This document shows, one piece after another, positions 1 to 7,862 of a DNA stretch of 64,000 nt. The position numbers and the translations under genes were made by a program. A model generated the notes under the pieces. It had not been told where the DNA came from. It saw only the letters and a program-made list of their open reading frames with translations, and searched no databases. The DNA comes from an uncultured Anaerolineaceae bacterium. GTDB lineage: Bacteria; Chloroflexota; Limnocylindria; Limnocylindrales; CSP1-4. The stretch lies in NCBI GenBank assembly GCA_964529245.1, contig CAZGUS010000001.1, positions 6,617-70,616 on the forward strand. Direction: 5' to 3'. Numbering within the stretch: position 1 is the first letter of the stretch; every line of letters starts with the position of its first letter.

Positions 1-726
1 GTCGACAAGAGTGCGGCCTACGGGAGCACGACGCTGAGCAGCTACTCAGACGGAAACGCACCCGTGAACCCGACCGACTGCCAACATGACGCCGCTCACA
101 ACGCCTGGGTGACCCTCGGCGCCGTGTCCGCCGGCGAGACCTATTCCCTCCAGATCACCACCACCGACCCAGCCAGCCCCAGCGCCAACCGCACCCAGGC
201 ATTCGAGAACATGTTCTCGATCGCCGTCTCCGGCGCAGGGTCGACGATCAACGGCAGCGGTTCGATGGTGACCTACGCCAACGTCGACTCCGGTTCGCAG
301 GAGTTCTACCTGGCCCAGATCGACCGGACCGCCGGCGCCGGCAAGACCGTCGAGATCGACCTGTTCGACCCGGGTGACACAAGCCTCGGAGCGTGGATGC
401 AGGTCGAGATCGACACTCCGACCGGCTGGCAGTTCACCAACTTCAGTTATACGGCCGACAACGGCCGCAGCAACAGCAACACGAACTGTATTCAGACTTC
501 GGCGGGCGCCGGGTCGGCGCCCAGCGGCTGCGGGGAGAACGCGACCAGCGGCGGAAGCCTCTACAACAACAGCTGGGTTTCCATAATGGTCACGTTACCC
601 ACGAGCTACGGCGCCAGCGGATTAGCAGACAACGGCTGGTGGAAGATCAAGTACACGGTCAACGGCGCCAACGACACCACGACATGGGAAGTCTCGATCC
701 GTGGCAACCCGGTCCACTTGATCTGA
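1..726 (+). CDS. C-terminal part of a hypothetical Ser/Thr/Gly/Asn-rich protein, likely secreted. The frame is open from base 1, so the gene starts upstream of the window
   Basis: Frame 1 is open from position 1 through the listed ORF 64-726. GC3-biased codons. A strong hairpin terminator follows directly. Confidence 0.5.
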   Translation, partial: VDKSAAYGSTTLSSYSDGNAPVNPTDCQHDAAHNAWVTLGAVSAGETYSLQITTTDPASPSANRTQAFENMFSIAVSGAGSTINGSGSMVTYANVDSGSQEFYLAQIDRTAGAGKTVEIDLFDPGDTSLGAWMQVEIDTPTGWQFTNFSYTADNGRSNSNTNCIQTSAGAGSAPSGCGENATSGGSLYNNSWVSIMVTLPTSYGASGLADNGWWKIKYTVNGANDTTTWEVSIRGNPVHLI

Positions 727-745
727 GACAAGGCTGACGCACGAA

Positions 746-783
746 GGAAGTGGCCCCCGGCACCGGGGGCCACTTCCTTTTCG
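746..783 (+). terminator. Rho-independent terminator
   Basis: Perfect inverted repeat GGAAGTGGCCCCCGG / CCGGGGGCCACTTCC with a 2-nt loop, followed by TTTTCG. Confidence 0.7.
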
Positions 784-829
784 AGGTCGCAGTCCGAGAT
801 CGGGGGCGCGGGCCTGGGCGGCCCGGTCC

Positions 830-1369
830 ATGACCATGCTCTGGTACGATGCGAGCATGGAGGGCGTGGTACTAGTCCTCAACCAGAACTACGAGCCACT
901 GAACGTGTGCAACCTGCCGCGCGCCTTCCGGCTGGTGTTCGGTGAGCGGGCCGAAGTGCTCGAGTACGACCACCAGGTGATCCGGACGCCGCGGGCGGAC
1001 TACCGCGCGCCCGCCGTGATCCGCCTGCAGCAGCAGATCAAGCGGCCGCGGCCGCGGGTCAAGCTGACTCGGCGCGAGATCTTCGCGCGCGACTCCTACA
1101 CGTGCCAGTACTGCGGCCGCCAGAGCGGCGACCTGACGCTGGACCACGTCGTGCCCCGTCACCGCGGCGGGTCGCACACGTGGGACAACCTCGTCACGGC
1201 CTGCAAGTCGTGCAACCATCGCAAGGGTGGCAAACTTCTCGACGAGGCCAAGCTCCGACTGGCCCGCCGCCCGATCGAGCCACGCTGTGACGTCTACTCG
1301 CTCTTCACGCCATACCTTCGCGACGACCGAAACGGGAGCTGGCGCTCGTACCTCTTCCTTGGCCACTGA
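830..1369 (+). CDS. HNH endonuclease family protein
   Basis: Motif DHVVPRHRGGSHTWDNLVTACKSCNHRKG (HNH with Cys pairs CQYC...CKSC). Start could instead be the internal Met at 857. Confidence 0.75.
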   Translation: MTMLWYDASMEGVVLVLNQNYEPLNVCNLPRAFRLVFGERAEVLEYDHQVIRTPRADYRAPAVIRLQQQIKRPRPRVKLTRREIFARDSYTCQYCGRQSGDLTLDHVVPRHRGGSHTWDNLVTACKSCNHRKGGKLLDEAKLRLARRPIEPRCDVYSLFTPYLRDDRNGSWRSYLFLGH

Positions 1370-1406
1370 TCTCGGGGCCGCTGGGGCGGGGGCGCGAGGG
1401 CCGGCG

Positions 1407-2783
1407 GTGGAGATTCCGCCGCCCGTCCTGGACTTGCTGGCCACTCTCCGGGGCGGCGGTCACGCCGCGTATGTCGTGGGCGGATGTCTGCGCGACGCGC
1501 TGCTGGGCCGCGAACCCGCGGACTGGGACCTGACCACGGACGCCTCGCCGGACAGGATCCAGAGCCTGTTCCCGCGGTCCTTGTACGAGAACCGGTTTGG
1601 GACCGTGGTCGTGAGGCACGCCGCCGCTCAGTACGAGATCACCGCGTTCCGCCGCGACGTCTCGTATTCCGACCACCGCCACCCCGACAGCGTCGAGTTC
1701 GGCGAATCGATCGACGAGGATCTCGCCCGCCGCGACTTCACGATCAACGCCATGGCCTGGGGCGGGCGGCCGGACGAGCCGCCGCTCTTCGTCGACCCGC
1801 ACGGAGGTCGCGCCGACCTCTCGCTGCGCCTGCTCCGAGCCGTCGGCGACCCGGACCGGAGATTCCGCGAAGACGCCCTGCGGATGGTTCGTGCGGTTCG
1901 CCTGGCGGCCACCCTCGATTTCGAGGTTGAGGCCGGAACGCTGGCCTCGATAGGCCGAAACGCGGGCCTGGCGGATCATCTTTCGGGCGAGCGGATCGCC
2001 GCCGAGCTGCTCAAGCTCCTTGCATCCCCACGCCCGAGCGTCGGCCTGCGCCTCATGGCGGAAAGCGGTCTTCTGGCCGTCGTCGCCCCCGACCTCGCCC
2101 GCCAGATCGGACTTGCCCAGAACAAGGTGGCAGGCGAAGACCTGTGGGACCACACGCTCAGGACGGTCGACGCCGCGCCGGATCGCACCCTCGTCCGGCT
2201 GGCGGCACTCCTGCACGACATCGGCAAACCGGACACTCTGGCCGACGGGCATTTCCACGGCCATGAGGCCGCCGGCGCCACGATGGCCCGCGAGTACCTC
2301 TCGACTCTTCACGCGCCCCGAGCGCTCCAGGAGCGAGTGGCGCACCTGGTCCGCAACCACATGTTCTCCTACGAGCGGAACTGGACCGACGCCGCCGTCA
2401 GGCGCTTCATTCGAAAGGTCGGCCCGGGCTCGATAGAGGATCTGCTCGCGTTGCGGGCGGCCGACAACGTGGGCAGCGGGCTTTCCGCCGATGCCGGACT
2501 CCTGCCCGAGCTCGAGCTGCGCGTGCGCGACGAGCTGGCGGCGCACGTCGTGCTGGGGCGGAGCCAGCTGGCCGTCGACGGCAACGACCTCAGGTCGGAG
2601 CTTGGAATGTCGCCGGGTCCGGCGCTCGGCCGGATCCTCGACGAGCTCACGGAGCGAGTTATCGCCGAGCCGGCGCTCAACGATCGTGCGATCCTGCTGG
2701 AGCTTGCCCGTGCGTCGGTCGGTGGCTCCGGCGGCGGCGAGCCGGTCGACCCGCCGTCGGGTCGCATGAACGAGGCGAGCTGA
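1407..2783 (+). CDS. cca: CCA-adding tRNA nucleotidyltransferase (Pol-beta NTase head plus HD domain)
   Basis: GGCLRDALLG...DWDLTT head motif, RRDFTINAMA, and an HD-domain block LLHDIGKP...HGHE. The listed ORF begins at 1227 inside the HNH gene. In-frame GTG at 1407 is the chosen start. Confidence 0.8.
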   Translation: MEIPPPVLDLLATLRGGGHAAYVVGGCLRDALLGREPADWDLTTDASPDRIQSLFPRSLYENRFGTVVVRHAAAQYEITAFRRDVSYSDHRHPDSVEFGESIDEDLARRDFTINAMAWGGRPDEPPLFVDPHGGRADLSLRLLRAVGDPDRRFREDALRMVRAVRLAATLDFEVEAGTLASIGRNAGLADHLSGERIAAELLKLLASPRPSVGLRLMAESGLLAVVAPDLARQIGLAQNKVAGEDLWDHTLRTVDAAPDRTLVRLAALLHDIGKPDTLADGHFHGHEAAGATMAREYLSTLHAPRALQERVAHLVRNHMFSYERNWTDAAVRRFIRKVGPGSIEDLLALRAADNVGSGLSADAGLLPELELRVRDELAAHVVLGRSQLAVDGNDLRSELGMSPGPALGRILDELTERVIAEPALNDRAILLELARASVGGSGGGEPVDPPSGRMNEAS

Positions 2784-4576
2784 TGTTCGAAGTGCTGTTG
2801 CACGCCGACATGGCCCTGGAGAGCGGAGCCCTCGACCAGGCCGAGCGGTCGTACTGGCAACTCATCGAACTGGACCCCACGAACGCCATCGCGGTCGTGG
2901 GCCTGGCCCGCGTCTCCATGGAGCGCGGCGATCACCGTCTGGCCCGAACGTTCGCCGACCAGGCCCTCACCATGGACCCCGAGATGGTCGCGGCGAGGAA
3001 CATCCTCGAGACACTCAAGGGCGGCGCGCCTGCACCACCCAACTCTGACCTGCCCGACTTTCCGAGGCTGGCCGCAGAAAGCCTCGAGGCTCTCGGTCGG
3101 GGGCGTGCGGGACAGCCGGTGACCGGCGGGCCGGCCCCGGAGAGCGGAGCCGAGGAGCTGGACCTCGACGACATGGATGACGCCGGACCGCCCGCGGGAT
3201 TCGAGGCCGCGTCCCTGGCCGAACGGCGCCAGGCCGGCCGACGGGCCACGGCCGAGGCGGCGGCCGCAGCGGAGCTGGCTGCCGCGGCGCAGGCGGCGAG
3301 TTCCGCCGCCCCGTCCGAGGCGGCGCGACGGCCGCAAACGCCGCCGCGGCCGAAGGCCCACCAGGCGCTCGGGGACCGGGCTCGGCGCAATCTGTTGCCC
3401 GGCGAACGGCGGCCGCGGCCGCGCACGGAGGACCCGTTCGCCGCCGCGGAGTCGGCGGCGGCGATCGAGGCGGTCGACGAGACCGACGACGTGGTCATCG
3501 AAGCGCACCTCGCCCGGCCGCCGAGCCGGTCCAAGGACAAAGTGGGGGACGCTCTCGGCGGGATCGAGGCCACCGGCCAGGAAGAGAGCATCGCGATGCG
3601 CATCGCGCTCGTGCCAGACGCGGCCCGGCTTGCGGCCGCCGAGCTGGCCGAGGCGACGTTCGGCGCGGCTGTCGCGAGGGGCGAAGACGAGAGCGTCGCC
3701 ATTAGAGTCAAGCTCATGGCGGATGCGGCCAGGCTCGAAGCGGCCGAACTCGGAGCGGCCGAACTGCACGCCGCCGAAGTGAAGGCAGCCGAGTTGCGTG
3801 CCGCCGGCATTGAGGCGACCGCGGCCGGGACCGAGGCGCCTGCGGGCGACAACGCCGCCGGCCACGGCGCGGGCGACAACGACGTCGCCGGCAACGACGC
3901 GGCCGAGCTTCCGTCCGCCGAGCTGGAGTCGGCCGAGCTCAACGCGGTGGACGAGAGGGAAGCGGCCCGAATCGACGACGACGTCTTTGGAGTTGCCGAG
4001 CTGGTGGCGTCCGAAGAGCTGGGCCCGGCGCCGACCCACAGGATCGACCTCGATGCCCTCGAGGCCGAGCTGCGAGCGGCGGAGCTGCGGGCCCACATGG
4101 TCGAGTCCGGCGAGCAGGAAGCCGCGGCCGAGCCCGAGGCCGGCGTGGTGGCCGCGGCCGGAGACGGCGGGGCGGGCCCGACGGAAGCGACGCCCCGGGC
4201 GGACGAGCCCGTCGCCGCCGGTCCGGCTCCGGCCGAATCGACGCCGGCCGAACCGGAAACCGCCCGCCGGACGGGCTCCCGGACTCCGGCGCCGGCGACG
4301 GGCGAGGAACCCTCGGAGGAGGACGCGGAGGCAGCGGCGCTGCGCGAGGCCGTGGCCCTCGTCCTGGGCGGCGAGAGCGACGGGCAGGGCCGATCCGGCG
4401 AGATGGCCCGGACTGCGGGCGACTCGACGAACTCGCCGCCAAACCCGGAGAATACGACCCGGAGCGGCGATCCGGAGGAGCCCGCGGCCGCGGGCCCGGA
4501 GCTCTCCGATTCTGGATCGCCGGCGACAACGGAGCCTCGCCGAAAAGGGTTCTTGCGAAGGTTCAGAGGAGACTGA
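2783..4576 (+). CDS. Hypothetical protein with an N-terminal TPR-like segment followed by a long acidic Ala/Glu-rich repetitive region
   Basis: The N-terminus (LIELDPTNAIAVVGLARVSMERGDHRLARTFADQALTMDP) is TPR-like. The rest is low complexity with imperfect repeats (AIRVKLMADAARLEAAEL / AMRIALVPDAARLAAAEL). GC3 bias supports this strand over the antisense shadow ORFs. Confidence 0.55.
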   Translation: MFEVLLHADMALESGALDQAERSYWQLIELDPTNAIAVVGLARVSMERGDHRLARTFADQALTMDPEMVAARNILETLKGGAPAPPNSDLPDFPRLAAESLEALGRGRAGQPVTGGPAPESGAEELDLDDMDDAGPPAGFEAASLAERRQAGRRATAEAAAAAELAAAAQAASSAAPSEAARRPQTPPRPKAHQALGDRARRNLLPGERRPRPRTEDPFAAAESAAAIEAVDETDDVVIEAHLARPPSRSKDKVGDALGGIEATGQEESIAMRIALVPDAARLAAAELAEATFGAAVARGEDESVAIRVKLMADAARLEAAELGAAELHAAEVKAAELRAAGIEATAAGTEAPAGDNAAGHGAGDNDVAGNDAAELPSAELESAELNAVDEREAARIDDDVFGVAELVASEELGPAPTHRIDLDALEAELRAAELRAHMVESGEQEAAAEPEAGVVAAAGDGGAGPTEATPRADEPVAAGPAPAESTPAEPETARRTGSRTPAPATGEEPSEEDAEAAALREAVALVLGGESDGQGRSGEMARTAGDSTNSPPNPENTTRSGDPEEPAAAGPELSDSGSPATTEPRRKGFLRRFRGD

Positions 4577-5587
4577 ATGCGCATTCTCGTCACCGGCGGT
4601 GCCGGGTACATCGGTTCGGTTTCGGTCGAGGCGCTCGTTGCCGCGGGCCACGAGGTGACAGTGCTCGACGATCTCTCGACCGGGTACCGCGACGCGGTTT
4701 CGCCCGCCGCGAGACTCGAGGTCGGCAGCTACGGCGACACTCCCGCCGTGGCCGCGCTGCTGGAGCGATATCGCATCGAAGCCGTCCTTCATTGCGCCGC
4801 CAAGTCGGTCGTGGGCGAGTCCATGACGGATCCGGCCAAGTACTTCCGCGAGAACGTGGCCGGCGGCATCGCCCTCCTGGAGGCCATGCGCACGACCGGC
4901 GTGCTGCGGATCGTCTTCAGCTCCACCGCGGCAACGTACGGCATGCCCGACCGGACGCCCATAGTCGAGACGGACCCGATCCGCCCGATCAACGCCTACG
5001 GCGAGACCAAGCGCTCCGTCGAGGGCGCCATTCGCTGGTACGGCCACGGCTACGGCCTGCGGAGCGTGATCCTGCGCTACTTCAACGCGGCCGGGGCGAG
5101 CCACGCCTACGGAGAGGGGCACAACCCGGAGACGCATCTCATCCCATGCGTGCTCCAGGCAGCGGTGGCGGGGCGTGAGTTGACACTCTTTGGCGACGAC
5201 TACCCCACGCTCGACGGGACGTGCGTCCGCGACTACATCCACGTCGAGGATCTGGCCCGGGCGCACCTGCTAGCCCTCGAGGCGACGGCCTCCTCCGACG
5301 CGCGGACCGGCCCGGCCTCGGGGCCGTGCGAGCCGTTGATCTGCAACCTCGGGAGCGGCACCGGCTTCACCAACCGCCAGGTGGTCGCCGCCGCGGAGGC
5401 CGTAACCGGCCGGTCGATAACCGTCAAGATGGGCCCGCGCCGGCCGGGCGATCCGCCGATCCTCGTAGCCAGCCCTCAGACGGCGCACGAGAAGCTGGGT
5501 TGGAACGCCAGCCGGGGCACTCTGGAGCAGATCATCGGGTCGGCCTGGGCATGGCGACAGGAGCACCAATCGGGCTACCAGAAGTAG
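4577..5587 (+). CDS. galE: UDP-glucose 4-epimerase
   Basis: Rossmann motif MRILVTGGAGYIGS, a YGETK active-site block, and full length typical of GalE. Confidence 0.85.
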   Translation: MRILVTGGAGYIGSVSVEALVAAGHEVTVLDDLSTGYRDAVSPAARLEVGSYGDTPAVAALLERYRIEAVLHCAAKSVVGESMTDPAKYFRENVAGGIALLEAMRTTGVLRIVFSSTAATYGMPDRTPIVETDPIRPINAYGETKRSVEGAIRWYGHGYGLRSVILRYFNAAGASHAYGEGHNPETHLIPCVLQAAVAGRELTLFGDDYPTLDGTCVRDYIHVEDLARAHLLALEATASSDARTGPASGPCEPLICNLGSGTGFTNRQVVAAAEAVTGRSITVKMGPRRPGDPPILVASPQTAHEKLGWNASRGTLEQIIGSAWAWRQEHQSGYQK

Positions 5588-5658
5588 CGCCGGGCGGCCC
5601 CCGGGTCCGCCGGAGACGGCGGGTGTCGAGATCGTCCGTCCGGGTCTAGAATCGGCTC

Positions 5659-6360
5659 ATGCCGCTACTCAAACGCCAGGCCGTAGCACCGCGCGCGATC
5701 GACCCCGCCGATTGGCGCCCCCAGATCGTCGGGCGCAAGGGCAATCACTCGATCAAGGATCCGATCATCGAGCCGAATTGGGGCGGAGTGCGGGTCATCG
5801 TCCGCGTAGGGCCGGCGCCGGAAGGTAGCCCCGCGGCCACCGTGTTCGACGAAGATGGCGCCGATTCCACGGCCGAATTCGCCGAACTTGCGCAGGCGAT
5901 AGCGTCGGCCGCGGACGCGGACGAGCTCGTCCTGGATGGGTACCTCACGGTCGAGCCGACCCAGATCACCGGCACCGTCGGCACGGATCTGGTCAGCACG
6001 CCGACGCCGAGCCAGGTGCTCCAGCAGTTCGTGGTTGGCATTCGTCGCCACCAGTCCGATCCCCGGCCCCAGCTGGACCCGGAGCGCCCGATCGCGTTCG
6101 TGGCGGTGGATCTGCTGCTGATCGACGGACAGAGCCTGATCGACCTGCCCCTGCTCGAGCGCAAGCGCCTCCTCGAGACCGCCCTCAAGGCCAACGCCGT
6201 GGTTCGAATCACCCCGTATGTTCGCTCGCCCGTCGGCTCGCTGGCCATGACGTGGCATGCGCAGGGCTTTCGAGAGCTGGTCTACAAACCCGCCAACGGG
6301 CGCTACCGTGCGGCCGGCGAGCCGAGCGACTGGGTCGTGGTGCCGATCCGACCCCACTGA
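5659..6360 (+). CDS. ATP-dependent DNA ligase-like protein (adenylation core only) with a degenerate motif I
   Basis: Motif III-like VAVDLLLIDGQSLIDLPLLERKRLLETAL and motif IV/V-like FRELVYKPANGRYRAAGEPSDWVVV. The position of the KxDGxR motif reads EPNWGGVR, so the catalytic Lys and the Asp are both replaced. Confidence 0.6.
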   Translation: MPLLKRQAVAPRAIDPADWRPQIVGRKGNHSIKDPIIEPNWGGVRVIVRVGPAPEGSPAATVFDEDGADSTAEFAELAQAIASAADADELVLDGYLTVEPTQITGTVGTDLVSTPTPSQVLQQFVVGIRRHQSDPRPQLDPERPIAFVAVDLLLIDGQSLIDLPLLERKRLLETALKANAVVRITPYVRSPVGSLAMTWHAQGFRELVYKPANGRYRAAGEPSDWVVVPIRPH

Positions 6361-6410
6361 ACGCCTCGTAGCGGTCACGCCGCGACGCGGTTTGTGGTCT
6401 GGAGCGCCGC

Positions 6411-7862
6411 TTGGCCGAGCGGCGTGGTACGGTGCACCCGATGCCCGCAAGTGTGCTGACGCCCGCAATTCGGGATGAGATCGCGAGACTCGGCAGCGCC
6501 GACATCATGGTCGGCATCCCGAGCTATCGGAACGCGGCCACGATCGGCCACGTGGTTCGCGCCGCCCATGCCGGTCTGGTCCAGTACTTCCCGGATCTGC
6601 GGCCCGTTCTGGTGAACGCAGACGCGGGCTCCCCGGACGGGACTCAGCGCGTCGTCGTGGAGACCGAGCCGCCCGGCTACGTCGAGCAGATCCTGCTCGT
6701 CCACCCCAAGAATCGGCTCGATCGGGTCAGCCTGACCTATCCCGACGTCGACGGCGTGGGCGGCAAGGGCGCCGCCCTGCGGACCATCTTCGAGATGGCG
6801 GCCGCGCTCGATGTCGGAGCCCTGGTGGTCGTCGACTCGGACCTGCGCTCGATCGTTCCAGAATGGATCGAGCTGCTGGCCGGCCCGATTCTCAAGGGCG
6901 GCTACGACTTCGTCGCGCCGCTGTATTCGCGTCACAAGTACGACGGCACGATCACCAACACCGTCACCTATCCGGTGACGCGGGCGCTGTACGGCCATCG
7001 CATCCGCCAGCCGATCGGGGGCGACTTCGGCGTCAGCGGCGACCTGATCCGCGACTATCTTGCCCAGGACACCTGGACGCCCGACGTGTCGCGCTTCGGC
7101 ATCGACATCTGGATGACGACGACCGCCCTCACCGGCGGCTTCGCCGTCTGCCAGAGCCGCCTCGGCGCGAAGATCCACGATCCCAAGGACCCCGGGTCGG
7201 ACCTCGGCCCGATGTTCCGGCAGGTCGTCGGAACGCTGCTCGGCATGGCGAAGGACAACGCCAACCGCTGGCTCGAGATATCCGGCAGCCACGACGTGCC
7301 CGCCTACGGCTTCGAGCGGTATGCCGATCCGGCGCCCCTGGAGGTCAACACGCTGCGGCTGCTCAGCCAGTTCCACTCCGGGTCGCTCACGCTCGCCGAC
7401 ACGTGGCGGGCGATGCTCTCTCCAGAGAACTACAAGAGCGTCCTGGAGCTGGCGCAGGAAGCCGGGTCGATGGCGGAAGCCGCGAACCGCAAGCTCGGCC
7501 TGGTCGCGGAGGGCCAGGCGGCCGCGGGCGGCGCCGGCATGCCGTCCACCGACGAGCTTTCGGACCTCGTGTCCGGGTTCTCCTTCCCGGACGACCTGTG
7601 GGCCCGCGTCTTCTACGATCTGCTGGTGTCGTCGAGCTTCGGCCGGATGCCGACCGAGCGACTGGTGGCGGCCTTCGTGCCTATCTATTTCGGGCGCGTC
7701 GGACAGTTCGTGATCGAGAACCGGCGACTCTCCACCGAGCAGGCGGAGGAGCGCGTCGAGCGCCAGGCCCGGGAGTTCGAGCTGCTCAAGCCGTACCTCG
7801 TCGAGCGCTGGACCGAAGCGGCCGCCGCCGGCCGAACCAATCGAAAGGCGGCGGCCCGATGA
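6411..7862 (+). CDS. GT-A fold glycosyltransferase resembling GT78 mannosylglycerate synthase (MGS/MggS-like)
   Basis: A GKG block, a VVVDSDL DxD motif, and a C-terminal region that aligns by eye with Rhodothermus MGS (PxW...FGxDxxxT...). Its stop overlaps the start of the next gene (ATGA). Confidence 0.7.
   Translation: MAERRGTVHPMPASVLTPAIRDEIARLGSADIMVGIPSYRNAATIGHVVRAAHAGLVQYFPDLRPVLVNADAGSPDGTQRVVVETEPPGYVEQILLVHPKNRLDRVSLTYPDVDGVGGKGAALRTIFEMAAALDVGALVVVDSDLRSIVPEWIELLAGPILKGGYDFVAPLYSRHKYDGTITNTVTYPVTRALYGHRIRQPIGGDFGVSGDLIRDYLAQDTWTPDVSRFGIDIWMTTTALTGGFAVCQSRLGAKIHDPKDPGSDLGPMFRQVVGTLLGMAKDNANRWLEISGSHDVPAYGFERYADPAPLEVNTLRLLSQFHSGSLTLADTWRAMLSPENYKSVLELAQEAGSMAEAANRKLGLVAEGQAAAGGAGMPSTDELSDLVSGFSFPDDLWARVFYDLLVSSSFGRMPTERLVAAFVPIYFGRVGQFVIENRRLSTEQAEERVERQAREFELLKPYLVERWTEAAAAGRTNRKAAAR

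Noticed and set aside
1-6. The window begins with GTCGAC (a SalI site), which could suggest a cloning boundary
   Set aside because: A 6-mer of this composition is expected by chance in 70% GC DNA. The first ORF simply continues upstream.
2932-4611. 559-aa minus-strand Ser/Ala-rich ORF opposite the TPR/AE-repeat gene
   Set aside because: Antisense low-complexity artefact of the Ala/Glu-repeat region. The plus strand has the GC3 bias.
2369-5266. 965-aa minus-strand ORF spanning the CCA, TPR and galE genes
   Set aside because: Arg/Gly/Pro-rich shadow ORF typical of the antisense strand of high-GC coding DNA. It has no start context and overlaps three well-supported plus-strand genes.
5588-5658. 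GC-rich imperfect inverted repeat after galE as a terminator
   Set aside because: The stem is imperfect and there is no U-run. It is not convincing enough to report as a feature.
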